IMG/VR virus record: IMGVR_UViG_3300030376_000763
Location: 1 to 38,051 of that record
Length of the DNA stretch: 38,051 nt
Origin: a virus
Taxonomy: Duplodnaviria > Caudoviricetes
Strand: one strand, 5' to 3'
A model generated the notes under the pieces. That model was not told the origin of the DNA, did no database searches, and saw only the letters and a program-made list of their open reading frames with translations. This document shows positions 1 to 9,325 of this stretch, piece by piece. The translations under genes were made by a program, and so were the position numbers. The stretch's first letter is position 1. The number at the start of each line of letters is the position of its first letter.

Positions 1-431
1 CTATGTCTAGCACCACTTCTCACAACCATCGCACCAATAGGTGTTCCGTTGGAGTGTGTTCCAGTCTTAGCTAGTACAACTCTTATATATCTGCTATTTC
101 CGACATATTCAACACGGAAAACTCCGCCTGCTGTGTCAGGATTTCCGCCTGCTGTACCATCTAATTTTAAGAAGATACCGCCTGCAGCTATAGTTCCATC
201 AGCTATGCTTGCTTGTGCAACATCAGTAAAAGTTGAGTTGTCATCAGATTCCTCTAATGATACTTCAAAATATACTGAACTAGATAGAGTGTCACCTTCT
301 GCACCTACGTCAACTAACACTGTAGCTTTCTCGTAGCCTTGAAGATCAACACCTGTTCCGTTACCTGCAGCAGTTTTAACCGCATTGATGATAGAAACAG
401 CAGGATTAATATTATTTGATAGGTCTTGCAT
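1..431 (-). CDS. Partial virion structural protein downstream of the major capsid gene (capsid decoration/cement-like); runs off the left edge
   Basis: Not in ORF track. ATG at 431 with AGGGAG SD; open frame MQDLSNNINPAVSIINAVKTAAGNGTGVDLQGYEKATVLVDVG...SRYIRVV..., beta-rich; directly after MCP. Confidence 0.75.
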   Translation of the reverse strand, partial: MQDLSNNINPAVSIINAVKTAAGNGTGVDLQGYEKATVLVDVGAEGDTLSSSVYFEVSLEESDDNSTFTDVAQASIADGTIAAGGIFLKLDGTAGGNPDTAGGVFRVEYVGNSRYIRVVLAKTGTHSNGTPIGAMVVRSGARH

Positions 432-443
432 AATTTACTCCCT

Positions 444-1661
444 TTACGCTGATACTTTTTGTTTAACAACAGCTTCAGCTTGGATAACCTGTCCACCAAC
501 TCTTCTTCTAGCAATGTATCTAACATTACCTGAAGTAGCTTGTGTGAAAGGGTCTCTCGTAACAGCTAAAGCAACTCTGTCTACAATCATGTAGGCTCTT
601 CTGAAGTCACCAAACAATACAGGATAAGTTCCTGCACCAACGTCTGGCATATCAGTAGCTTCTACATAAGGGTAGCCTAATATAGTATTAGGAACACCTG
701 CTTGTAGAGACATACCTGCTTGGAATACATATTGTCCTGCAGTATCTTTTAGCTTTCTGATAGCTGATAAAGTTCCTCTGTTGAAAACAAAAGAACCATT
801 TCTGCCGTACTCAGATTTGATGCTGTGAACTAATGTGATCAGACCATCAGCTAGTAAAGTACTAGCATGACCTGAATTAGATTCGCCAACACTGCTATTA
901 GTTAATAAACCTTCAGGCTTACCAACAGAGTTACCGCTAACAAATGCAGTACCTTCAGCTTTTGCAAATTGCTCTGCGAATTCTGATTGCATTTCCGACT
1001 CTAGATCAAAGACAGTATCTTCTAAGTTTTGCTCAGAGATATCTACTAAAGCGTAAAGTTCGTGTGCAGGTAGTTCCTCAAGACCTACTGTGTAACCAGT
1101 AGTTTCGGCTCTAGTCCCACTTTCTGCAACCCATGCTGCGGAGAATTGACCATCACGTTTAGGCACTTGGATTGATCTTTGTCCAGTGCTTCTTACTCTA
1201 GCGATTGAACGAACAGGTGAGATTTCAGTTACAGTTTTTAGTAACTCTCTCACATATTCAGGTGGTGCTAGATATCCACCAGTGTTGTCACTGCTGACAG
1301 TTAGTGCCTTTTTCTCTGCATCTTCAAGACCTTCCAGTCCTTTTCTACAGTAGGCATCAAAAGCTGCAAGACCTTCATCAATTTGCTTGGCTTCCAATCC
1401 TGAATTTGGTCGTCTCATGACCGTTTCAAGGTTTTCAACCTGCTCTTTGATTCCTTCTTGAGCTTGCTTGGCTTGTGTGATCTCTTGGTTGATGTCCTCT
1501 AAACTATTTAGCTTTTCTTCAATAGCTTCAAGTTTTGAGTCAACTAAAGTATCAACATTTTGCCCTTTTTCTAGTGCTTCTAACTTTTCGTCATTGGCTT
1601 TTTTAAATTCTTCAAAAGCCTGACCAATTTCAGAAACAGCATTTTTTATATCTTCAGACAT
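444..1661 (-). CDS. Major capsid protein, HK97 family
   Basis: N-terminal coiled-coil delta domain; GGYLAPPE, AAWVAE, F..G.G..KP.G-like and FGDFRRAY motifs; follows prohead protease. Confidence 0.97.
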   Translation of the reverse strand: MSEDIKNAVSEIGQAFEEFKKANDEKLEALEKGQNVDTLVDSKLEAIEEKLNSLEDINQEITQAKQAQEGIKEQVENLETVMRRPNSGLEAKQIDEGLAAFDAYCRKGLEGLEDAEKKALTVSSDNTGGYLAPPEYVRELLKTVTEISPVRSIARVRSTGQRSIQVPKRDGQFSAAWVAESGTRAETTGYTVGLEELPAHELYALVDISEQNLEDTVFDLESEMQSEFAEQFAKAEGTAFVSGNSVGKPEGLLTNSSVGESNSGHASTLLADGLITLVHSIKSEYGRNGSFVFNRGTLSAIRKLKDTAGQYVFQAGMSLQAGVPNTILGYPYVEATDMPDVGAGTYPVLFGDFRRAYMIVDRVALAVTRDPFTQATSGNVRYIARRRVGGQVIQAEAVVKQKVSA

Positions 1662-1670
1662 AATTGCTCC

Positions 1671-2675
1671 TTAGAGTTTGGTTATAGTTAATGTTAATTG
1701 TTTAATGGCTTCTACCATTTCTGCATTATCATCAACCTCTCGCTGAGTAAATGCTTGGTTTACAGCTTTTGCTGCAACCTTTGCTTCTGAACGAGATAAG
1801 TTGAAAGCATCACGCATTCCATTCTCCCACTCCCTTATGGATATTTCCTCTCCCTTTACCTGACGAACCGTAGCTTTAGGGTTCATTGGGAAAGTTACAA
1901 GGCTTATCTCCATTAAGTCTACCTCTTTGATAACACGCTGCCCTTTGCGTTTATCATAAGAAACCTCTTTAGGGTTGACACGAAAGCCTATACTTAGACC
2001 ATCTAATGCACCCATCTTTAATAATTCATAGGCATCTCTGCCTGCTGTTGTACCTAGAGCCAATCTACCTTTTACTCTAAGTCCATGACTATCTTCTGCT
2101 ATTTCATCAAACACACCGATAGGCATATCTGATTTATGTTGGTATAAAAGCTTGACACCTTTAGTTCCACGCTCTGCTAGACTTTTTGTAAATGCACCAG
2201 TTTTGATAACGTCATTACCTAAGTCTGTGTTGTTAAATACAGAACCATAACCTTCAAATGTGCCATCTTCATTATTGTCAGCTTTGATCTCTGAGTGTAC
2301 TTCTATATAAGATTTTAATTCAGATATATTGTCGTCACAGCCACAAGCTTCTTTCTTCTTAGGCTTCTTAGGCTTTTTCATACGACCACCATACCCATAA
2401 CCTGACTCTTCATTCTCAAGTTCCTCTCCAGTCAACCTAGTGTAATCAGCGTGTGATGCGCAAGGCATGTAGACAGTATTGCCATCATCATCATGCGAAT
2501 GTGTACCAGAACAACCTATTTCTTCTGCTCTTGCTACTGCTTCAGCCTCAGTAGTAAATACGTCTTTACTAACTTCTCTTTTTAAATCGTCATTCTGATT
2601 AGAATCTTCGTGGGAATCGTACTCCTCTGTACGGACAGCTAAATCAGGCTTATTAGATGTTAATTCACTGCTCAT
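1671..2675 (-). CDS. Prohead (maturation) protease, HK97 family, with N-terminal extension
   Basis: GTFEGYGSVF, LLYQH, PIG, GLSIGF, EISLVTFPMN motifs in the C-terminal ~200 aa. Confidence 0.95.
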   Translation of the reverse strand: MSSELTSNKPDLAVRTEEYDSHEDSNQNDDLKREVSKDVFTTEAEAVARAEEIGCSGTHSHDDDGNTVYMPCASHADYTRLTGEELENEESGYGYGGRMKKPKKPKKKEACGCDDNISELKSYIEVHSEIKADNNEDGTFEGYGSVFNNTDLGNDVIKTGAFTKSLAERGTKGVKLLYQHKSDMPIGVFDEIAEDSHGLRVKGRLALGTTAGRDAYELLKMGALDGLSIGFRVNPKEVSYDKRKGQRVIKEVDLMEISLVTFPMNPKATVRQVKGEEISIREWENGMRDAFNLSRSEAKVAAKAVNQAFTQREVDDNAEMVEAIKQLTLTITKL

Positions 2676-2718
2676 AGTGCTATCTCCAAATTTATCCCTA
2701 TATATAGTATCTCAATGA

Positions 2719-3540
2719 TTAATCAGACACAACATCTTGTTCATCAACATAAATTATCACACATCTACAATTTATATTATTTTTTGCTCCACCTTTAGGG
2801 TCTCCTGTGTGAGCCATAGATGCACCACCTACTATAAAATCTTCATTCATATCTCTAACCTGTCCATTTGCAGCAGCGTGATCACTTCTTGTTCTTAAAT
2901 CATTTGTGGCTGCCCATCTCTTCAAAAGCTTTGAACCATAGTCTGTTTGAACTTGTTCATAGTATTTATGATGTGCGAAACCTGCTGCATTGTGTGTTTC
3001 TGTCCTAGCAATAGTAGCTGCTCTAGTTCTAGTGATAGGTCTTACATTACGTTCAATATTCTGTGCTATCTGCACAAGTGTGAGTCCTTCTTCTCTACCT
3101 GATATTATGATTCTTTCAACTCGGTTTGATATTCTTGTAGTTACACCCACCAACAAAAGCTGTCTAGACTTATAATATTCTTCTATCAATGGTTCTAAGT
3201 CTACGTTTCTTCCAAATACCAATGCTTCTTCTTTTAATTCTTCTAGGGTGTTAGTCCTGTTATTTTCTGCATATAAGGTACGAAATATCCTGCGATAATG
3301 CTGTTGCATGGTTGGAATAAATTCTTCCTGCAATTCTCTTGCAGCAATAGTTTGATCAAATTGTCCAAACTCCCTGTAGAGAAATGCTTTAGTATTAACG
3401 AACTTACCGAATAAAGAAGTTAGTCTGCGAAAGAGTCCACGTTCTAAGTTGTTGCGAATTCTTAGCTGCTTTCTTACCTCCCTCTGCACACTAACTCTTC
3501 CTCTACGGAATCTGCTAATCTGCTTTTTGGAAGGGATCAT
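2719..3540 (-). CDS. Head morphogenesis protein (Mu gpF / SPP1 gp7 family)
   Basis: RAATIARTET, KRW...D.RTRSDH and INCRC motifs; between portal and protease. Confidence 0.9.
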   Translation of the reverse strand: MIPSKKQISRFRRGRVSVQREVRKQLRIRNNLERGLFRRLTSLFGKFVNTKAFLYREFGQFDQTIAARELQEEFIPTMQQHYRRIFRTLYAENNRTNTLEELKEEALVFGRNVDLEPLIEEYYKSRQLLLVGVTTRISNRVERIIISGREEGLTLVQIAQNIERNVRPITRTRAATIARTETHNAAGFAHHKYYEQVQTDYGSKLLKRWAATNDLRTRSDHAAANGQVRDMNEDFIVGGASMAHTGDPKGGAKNNINCRCVIIYVDEQDVVSD

Positions 3541-5561
3541 TTACTGCTTAATGGATGTCCTTGTGGAAATAAGTCTGTATCGTGCTTACCGCTTCTAAAT
3601 CTTCCGTTTCTGAGTGCATATAGATAAGAATTTACTCTAGCATATGCCCACTGCTCTTCGCTGCTTACACTTGGTCTAACTGAAGATGGATTAGTACGAT
3701 ATGCTCCAACTCCTCTTTCAAACACTGCTGTGAGTGTTCTTAGATTTGTTTTTTTCGTAGCAGTGTCACCATATTCATCATTATGATCATCTACTTTCTT
3801 TTGTAGACCTTTCTTAACTGCACCAGAGACCGCTTTGTGTTCTGTTAGCTTGACTTCTATATGGTTATCTAGAAACAAGAATTTCTCTTCTTCTCTCTTG
3901 ATTTGTTCTACCTTACGTCTTGACCAAGCAAAGCCTGCATCACCGCCCCACAATGCCCATGCTATTCTTCCTGCTGATGGATAACCATCCTCGCCTTGAT
4001 CAAAGCCTTGTCCTTGCTTATCTACCTCATGTCTAGAGAAAAAACTAAACATTCTTTTGACTGTGCTGATAGATAGGTTTTCTTTGTTGACTAGCTGATT
4101 TGCTCTCGCAACACCGACTGCTGTACCGCCTCTATTGTGTTCTCTTCTCCAGTTCAAGCCTCTCTCTGCTTCTGTTGCCATACTATCTGTAGGTTTTGTA
4201 TCTATATCAGATAAAGCCTTCTCGTCCTCTTCTAAGAAGTCTAAATCCATATCTTCATCTTCTACATAAGCATCTAACTCTTCTTCAGCTACTGGATTTT
4301 GTGGTTCTTCTACCTCATCAGATGTGATTGGAAATAGTGTCGCTGATATATAAAGATCATCTGCACCATCAACAGGAGATAGACCAATAGCTTCTCTAGC
4401 TTCGTTTCTAGTCATTATCCCTTCTCTGACTGCTGATGTTACATTCTCATATATACGTTTAGTTCTTTCAGCTAAAGCAGGTATTTTGTCTATGTCAAAA
4501 CAGAACTCTAGATTCTCACCAAACATTGGTACAAGCCACTCGTTAAAGTCTGATTCTAGTTTTCTCAAGTGTGGGATGATTGTCTCTTCATATAAAGCCA
4601 ATCTTGCTTCGGCTACATTTGCATAAGTCTGTGCATCTGAAACACCTACTAACTGACTAGGCACTCCAAAACACATAGCTATATCTGTTGCTGCCATTTG
4701 TTTAAGATTTAGGAAGTCCATATCTTTAGGACTTAATCCCATCTCTTTCCAATCAAAGTCACCTTCTAAGAGTAATGGTCTACCTGCATTGGCAGTACCA
4801 CTAAATCTATTGTTAAGGTCTGTGAGTAATTGTTGTCTTTGTGACTCTGTTAGATTCACAGCAAATCCTGCATCATCTTGTGGTTTGAATACTACTGCTC
4901 CACTAGGTCTTGCTCCATTGCTAAGTAAGTTTATATTGTGTTTGCCTGACATATTGTGTTGATCAACTTCTATAGCTGCTGCTGACATTGGAGATAATCC
5001 ATAAAAGTCATCTAGTGGATTCCATAGCTTCACATGCTTGACCTCACTAAATCCTGTTCTTTCTTCTACAGGATATGTAGCTTGTACTCTGCCATTTAAA
5101 ACATACTCATACCTGTCAGGTATTGGATTGCTACCACCTTTGACAACCATTCTGTCAGGTCTCAACAGGTGTAACTCTTTAGGTGCGCCTACTTCTGATC
5201 CTACTTTAAGAATGTAAGCGTTACCGCTAAGTAATAAGAAACCAAAGATGCTGTTGAAGAACTCACTATGGGATTGCAATGGATTAGGTCGGCTCAATAG
5301 GGTGACGATAGGGTGACTATCTAAGACCTGATCTCCTGCTTTTACCATAAATGGTACTGCGCTAGCACCTTTGGCTATCTCGTTTACGCAACGAAATACG
5401 ATTGAATTTTTCATGTAGCCTTCTTCGGCTAAATCTTGATAAGAGTAATTCTTTGACTTTGACGTACCCACTCCAAAATACCCAACCATGTTACCTACGT
5501 CTTTCTTTTCCGCAGGTTTAGGTGTGAATGCGTTTCTTATATTGTCCAGTATTGTTGCCAT
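3537..5561 (-). CDS. Portal protein, HK97 family, with ~230-aa C-terminal extension
   Basis: LL.RPNP.QS, LLLSGNAY, GLSP, NGARPSG, MGLSPKDMDF, FGVP..LVG and MTRNEAR motifs. Confidence 0.95.
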   Translation of the reverse strand: MATILDNIRNAFTPKPAEKKDVGNMVGYFGVGTSKSKNYSYQDLAEEGYMKNSIVFRCVNEIAKGASAVPFMVKAGDQVLDSHPIVTLLSRPNPLQSHSEFFNSIFGFLLLSGNAYILKVGSEVGAPKELHLLRPDRMVVKGGSNPIPDRYEYVLNGRVQATYPVEERTGFSEVKHVKLWNPLDDFYGLSPMSAAAIEVDQHNMSGKHNINLLSNGARPSGAVVFKPQDDAGFAVNLTESQRQQLLTDLNNRFSGTANAGRPLLLEGDFDWKEMGLSPKDMDFLNLKQMAATDIAMCFGVPSQLVGVSDAQTYANVAEARLALYEETIIPHLRKLESDFNEWLVPMFGENLEFCFDIDKIPALAERTKRIYENVTSAVREGIMTRNEAREAIGLSPVDGADDLYISATLFPITSDEVEEPQNPVAEEELDAYVEDEDMDLDFLEEDEKALSDIDTKPTDSMATEAERGLNWRREHNRGGTAVGVARANQLVNKENLSISTVKRMFSFFSRHEVDKQGQGFDQGEDGYPSAGRIAWALWGGDAGFAWSRRKVEQIKREEEKFLFLDNHIEVKLTEHKAVSGAVKKGLQKKVDDHNDEYGDTATKKTNLRTLTAVFERGVGAYRTNPSSVRPSVSSEEQWAYARVNSYLYALRNGRFRSGKHDTDLFPQGHPLSSK

Positions 5562-6868
5562 TAGCTAATCCTCCAATTCACCTCACCCCTAGACTTACTG
5601 AGTTCGGTCATTGCCCATACTAAAGCATCTAACCTGTCAGGGGAAGGTTTGGTTTCGCCTGTATAAGAACACATCTGTGATTCTAGTTCAGAAAAATATC
5701 CAACGTGATGAACTCGCTTCTGCTCATATAAAGCACTTATAGGCTCTGCTCTTGTGAGTTTACCTCTAGTTGCTCTAACAGACCTGTAAGGAATATTGGA
5801 ATCTATTCCTCGTAATAGTCTTTCAACCAAGTCTCCACCATTATTTACTTCCGCTACTATTCTATCAGCTTGCCAGTCATAGTAGCAATCTATTGCTTTC
5901 CTGCCCCATTGATCTGGTGTGTAACGACCTGAAACGTCCTCTAATACATAGTATCTATCGTTGTAATCTTTACCTGCAACAATGATTCCTGTTTCATCAG
6001 AGTTCTCATTAGCAGTCACAGCAGGGTCTATAGCTACTATTATTTGCTTCAAATCTCTTTCTTCATTCTCGTTCAAGCGTTGTTCTTCTATCATTTTGTT
6101 GCTCCATAAAGCACCTTCAAAGTCTTCTATGATCTCAGCATACAACTCTTGCCTACCCATCGTTGTTCCTTCGTATCTTTCTCTAAGCATAGCCAATGCG
6201 GTATCAGCTAAGTTTTCTTCATTCTCAAAGGTATTTCCTGTAGTGACATAAACATCTTCTCTTGTGACTAAATCTTTGATCATTTTGCTTGGTTTAGGTG
6301 TTGTTGTGACTACACACTGTGGATTATCTCCCAGTCTCAACCCAAACATTAATTGATCAAAAGCTTCAGGATATCTCCAAGCTGCCAATTCATCTGCCCA
6401 TGCTCTATGAAATTGACTACCTCTTAATCTTTCAGGTTCTTGTGCTGCATAGCCTATTATTTTTGAACCATTCTCTAAACGGATTTCAGATACACTGGAT
6501 GAATAACCTTTTTGATCATTAGATTTTAAGAAGCACTCTTCAGGTATTATTGAAAGCAACCCACTGTTGCCACCAAAACAAACTCTTCTTAGATCACCAT
6601 GAGTAGGAGCAACTACTGCACATATACTGTTTGGATTTCTTAAAGCATAGAGTGCTATGTCTTGTGCGCCAGTCCTAGTTTTACCCCAACCACGTCCTGC
6701 TAGTATCAGCCAGATGTAGTGTTCTTCTAAAGGTTGAAGTTGTTTTGCCCTAGCGGTGTTAAGCCACTCAGTGTATAGGTTTATCGTTGCCTTTTGTGCG
6801 TTGCTCTGCAACTGTGTCCAAGAGTTCAAGAACTTCTGTGAAGGCTTCAGTTTGTTGGATGCTTCCAT
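5561..6868 (-). CDS. terL: Terminase large subunit (start uncertain; TTG at 6811 is plausible)
   Basis: Walker A AGRGWGKT, Walker B WADE, TTTP motif, nuclease motifs IDPA and SPDRLDA. Confidence 0.96.
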   Translation of the reverse strand: MEASNKLKPSQKFLNSWTQLQSNAQKATINLYTEWLNTARAKQLQPLEEHYIWLILAGRGWGKTRTGAQDIALYALRNPNSICAVVAPTHGDLRRVCFGGNSGLLSIIPEECFLKSNDQKGYSSSVSEIRLENGSKIIGYAAQEPERLRGSQFHRAWADELAAWRYPEAFDQLMFGLRLGDNPQCVVTTTPKPSKMIKDLVTREDVYVTTGNTFENEENLADTALAMLRERYEGTTMGRQELYAEIIEDFEGALWSNKMIEEQRLNENEERDLKQIIVAIDPAVTANENSDETGIIVAGKDYNDRYYVLEDVSGRYTPDQWGRKAIDCYYDWQADRIVAEVNNGGDLVERLLRGIDSNIPYRSVRATRGKLTRAEPISALYEQKRVHHVGYFSELESQMCSYTGETKPSPDRLDALVWAMTELSKSRGEVNWRIS

Positions 6869-7337
6869 TTATATTTATAGAGTCAGTTGATTCACCAAAT
6901 GCTAACTTAGCTAATCTCTGTGCTGCTACAGCAGTGTTGGCTAGGCTTAGTATCTGACTGGGGTTATCTGTTTTTGAATCTAGTTCTAAGGCTTTGAGGT
7001 TCTTGTAGACCTTACCATGAACTATCTCCATCAGTTGATTGGCTACCTTGACACTCTTAGAGTCAAACTTCCTAGACTCTACTGCCATCTGTTTTGCAGT
7101 TTCTTCGTCCATCTTTTCTTGCAGTTGTACTTTGAACTGCTCCTTCTGATCTCTCCAGTTCTCTTTCTGTGACAATCTAAAGAGTGTAGTCTGTGCGACA
7201 TTGTACTTAGTGGCTAACTCTACAATGGGTAAGTATTGTCTCTCACCGCTTTCTATTTCTATTCCCTGCACAAATTCTGTCCTAAGCTTCATCGCTAGAT
7301 CAGGTGTCATTCTTTGTACTGTGCTTTTTTTATCCAC
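6768..7337 (-). CDS. terS: Terminase small subunit (start GTG 7337 or ATG 7310)
   Basis: N-terminal HTH-like ELATKYNV...L......ENW, helical body, immediately upstream of and overlapping terL. Confidence 0.75.
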   Translation of the reverse strand: MDKKSTVQRMTPDLAMKLRTEFVQGIEIESGERQYLPIVELATKYNVAQTTLFRLSQKENWRDQKEQFKVQLQEKMDEETAKQMAVESRKFDSKSVKVANQLMEIVHGKVYKNLKALELDSKTDNPSQILSLANTAVAAQRLAKLAFGESTDSININGSIQQTEAFTEVLELLDTVAEQRTKGNDKPIH

Positions 7338-7398
7338 TGATTGTTCTATGTTTAGTCTACAACTTTTGCAAACTATATTACAGATTGTTCTAAAACAC

Positions 7399-7429
7399 AA
7401 AAAAAAGGAGGCTTCATAACCTCCTCTTT
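7399..7429 (-). terminator. Rho-independent terminator ending the early minus-strand transcript before terS
   Basis: Minus strand AGGAGG-TTATGAAG-CCTCCT followed by a T-run. Confidence 0.8.
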
Positions 7430-7458
7430 CTTATAGATCAGTTAAGACCTATGCCCTC

Positions 7459-7626
7459 CTATCTGTAGGTACTGTTAATATCTAAGTACCTATCGTGATT
7501 TATTGCCTGCCATTCCCTGTTGTTTGCATAAGCCTCTTCTCTTATGTTTGCATAGCCAGTTCTTTTTTGAAACTTAGCTTGAGTTTTTATTGCTTTGATT
7601 CTAGCTTTCCTTTGTTTCTTATTCAT
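7459..7626 (-). CDS. Small basic hypothetical protein (55 aa)
   Basis: Below track cutoff. MNKKQRKARIKAIKTQAKFQKRTG...TYR*, with GAAGGA SD. Confidence 0.6.
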   Translation of the reverse strand: MNKKQRKARIKAIKTQAKFQKRTGYANIREEAYANNREWQAINHDRYLDINSTYR

Positions 7627-7655
7627 AGTATTTCCTTCAAGTTAAGGAACAGGCT

Positions 7656-7862
7656 TTATGCCTGCTCCATAAATGTGTTACGACTTCTTCCTACATTGTA
7701 AGCTAATTTAGCTTCATCTACATTAAGGCTAAAATTATTTTGTAAAGAATTTATAACTTGTTGTTCTTCAGCATTTGTAAAATATTCCGATCCAAATGAT
7801 TCAAGAACCTCTTCTACTTTTGCTATTCTAATGTTAAGAATGTTATATATTGTATTTTTCAT
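7656..7862 (-). CDS. Hypothetical early protein (cassette gene ending MEQA)
   Basis: AAGGAG SD, own promoter, stop codon inside a conserved hairpin. Confidence 0.8.
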   Translation of the reverse strand: MKNTIYNILNIRIAKVEEVLESFGSEYFTNAEEQQVINSLQNNFSLNVDEAKLAYNVGRSRNTFMEQA

Positions 7863-7898
7863 TTTATCTCCTTTTCAATTTATAATTAATACTCTTAC

Positions 7899-7926
7899 AG
7901 TATAGACCATAATGGCTTATATGCAA
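7899..7926 (-). promoter_or_regulatory. Sigma70-like promoter with 17-bp operator-like site (7903-7919)
   Basis: TTGCAT-N16-TATACT; site TAGACC-ATAAT-GGCTTA. Confidence 0.75.
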
Positions 7927-7950
7927 GTGTTTTAATAATCTTTTTTGCAC

Positions 7951-7981
7951 AAAAAAAGGGAGACTTTTACATCTCCCCTTT
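7951..7981 (-). terminator. Rho-independent terminator
   Basis: Minus strand GGGGAGAT-GTAAAA-GTCTCCCT followed by a T-run. Confidence 0.85.
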
Positions 7982-8035
7982 CTCTTTTAATAAACTACAG
8001 GTTGAGTGACTAACCTACACAATCATTATATAAAA

Positions 8036-8392
8036 TTAATCTAATTTTACAAATGACATAAATGGTTCTTCTTTATGTCCTTCAGGTAGCCACTCTAATT
8101 TTTCGGCTACTTGTTCTATGGTTAAGTAACAATCAGTAGTCCCACCATCGTCAGTAGAATTTGCGATGATACATCTGCCTGCAAAGTTCTGTGATCCGAG
8201 TTGGAAATATCTGTTGTCTTTTAAGATACCTTCATCATCTACGAACATGATGACTCCTCCGCCTAAGGTTACAACATCAAAGCAACTGCATTGCATGACA
8301 CTGTAGTAGTCTTGGATGTTAGATTCGGATATGTTCACATACGAAATACTTTGATCGTAAGGATCAATCAGGATGGTTTGTATTTTTTCCAT
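8036..8392 (-). CDS. DUF3846-like phage protein
   Basis: ILIDP, FVDDEG and FAGRCII motifs resemble this family (from memory). Confidence 0.6.
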   Translation of the reverse strand: MEKIQTILIDPYDQSISYVNISESNIQDYYSVMQCSCFDVVTLGGGVIMFVDDEGILKDNRYFQLGSQNFAGRCIIANSTDDGGTTDCYLTIEQVAEKLEWLPEGHKEEPFMSFVKLD

Positions 8393-8419
8393 ATACTACC
8401 CCTCAAGGGGAAGCAGCCG

Positions 8420-8719
8420 TTAGGCTGCCTCCTTGTTTGATGTATTCTCTTGAATGACTCTTTCAACATCTACAACATTGAATACTGTGAAAAGTTTTCT
8501 GATCTTTTCTTTCTTACCAGTCTCTTTGTTGATCTCTTCTTTGTAGAAGCAAAGAGTTGTGCCTAAGCCTTTAAGACCTTTTAGCATATCGCCAGTCACT
8601 TCAAAGTGTTTCATTGCTTGTTTGAAAGTCACAAAAGAATCATTTTGTGTATAACCTGCGTGAGCAAGTGTATTGATATTGCTGCCTGTGTAGTCTCTGT
8701 TTGTAATTAAGTTTTTCAT
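8420..8719 (-). CDS. Stand-alone ArdC-like N-terminal ssDNA-binding domain protein
   Basis: N..T.R.Y.G.N...L, FVTFKQA, KG.GT and FTVFN motifs typical of the ArdC N-terminal domain. Confidence 0.65.
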   Translation of the reverse strand: MKNLITNRDYTGSNINTLAHAGYTQNDSFVTFKQAMKHFEVTGDMLKGLKGLGTTLCFYKEEINKETGKKEKIRKLFTVFNVVDVERVIQENTSNKEAA

Positions 8720-8751
8720 TTTATCTCCTTTTCAATTAATTAACCCTACCT

Positions 8752-8779
8752 ATGTTACTACAAATTGGACTATATACAA
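8752..8779 (-). promoter_or_regulatory. Sigma70-like promoter with operator-like site (8756-8772)
   Basis: TTGTAT-N16-TAACAT; site TAGTCC-AATTT-GTAGTA. Confidence 0.65.
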
Positions 8780-8787
8780 GAACTTTC

Positions 8788-8970
8788 TCAATATTTTTTC
8801 ACCCTTGTTATCTTGATCTTTTTACTACCAAAGTGTCTGTCAAACTTGGCTCTTGCTGTAAGTTCATCAAAGGCAGGATATCTGTGTGCTTCGTACTCAA
8901 GTTTGTGAGACTTATACCATCTCTTAAAGTTGCGTTCATAGGTTTCGCTTCTATCGTAGAAAAATGCCAT
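8788..8970 (-). CDS. Hypothetical protein
   Basis: TAATG coupling with upstream gene; GGA SD. Confidence 0.7.
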   Translation of the reverse strand: MAFFYDRSETYERNFKRWYKSHKLEYEAHRYPAFDELTARAKFDRHFGSKKIKITRVKKY

Positions 8971-9206
8971 TAGTTTTCCTTGTCTGTATTCTCATAAATA
9001 GTTTTGATTAGGCTTGATGACTTCTCTCCTTTCTCTCTAAAGTATTTGAGTCGTTCAATCCTCTCTGCGTGTTCAGACATAAAATCTATAATCATGCCTT
9101 CTATGATTACGCTTGTGCTAAGACCAGTAGACTCTTTGATCAGCTTAAGATGTTCGTCAGCTTTTTTAGATAGCTGTAAACTGATCCTGCTACGTCTGTT
9201 AGCCAT
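8970..9206 (-). CDS. Ribbon-helix-helix-like DNA-binding protein
   Basis: Start at ATG 9206 (TAATG overlap); RISLQLS...L..I...TGLSTSVIIE pattern. Confidence 0.6.
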   Translation of the reverse strand: MANRRSRISLQLSKKADEHLKLIKESTGLSTSVIIEGMIIDFMSEHAERIERLKYFREKGEKSSSLIKTIYENTDKEN

Positions 9207-9316
9207 TAAAATCCAAATGCTGCTAAGAACACACAACAGATAATCATACTGCCGAGTATAGACCAAGCGATCCTTTCGTTCCTTTCATCTCTGATTTGAT
9301 TGGGTGATTTTCTCAT
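9206..9316 (-). CDS. Small membrane protein (36 aa)
   Basis: Below track cutoff. MRKSPNQIRDERNERIAWSILGSMIICCVFLAAFGF*, with AGGAG SD. Confidence 0.65.
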   Translation of the reverse strand: MRKSPNQIRDERNERIAWSILGSMIICCVFLAAFGF

Positions 9317-9325
9317 TTTATTCTC

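Noticed and set aside
49-594. Short ORFs 49-336, 314-526 and 385-594
   Set aside because: Shadow or alternate-frame ORFs over the MCP and the real 1-431 gene
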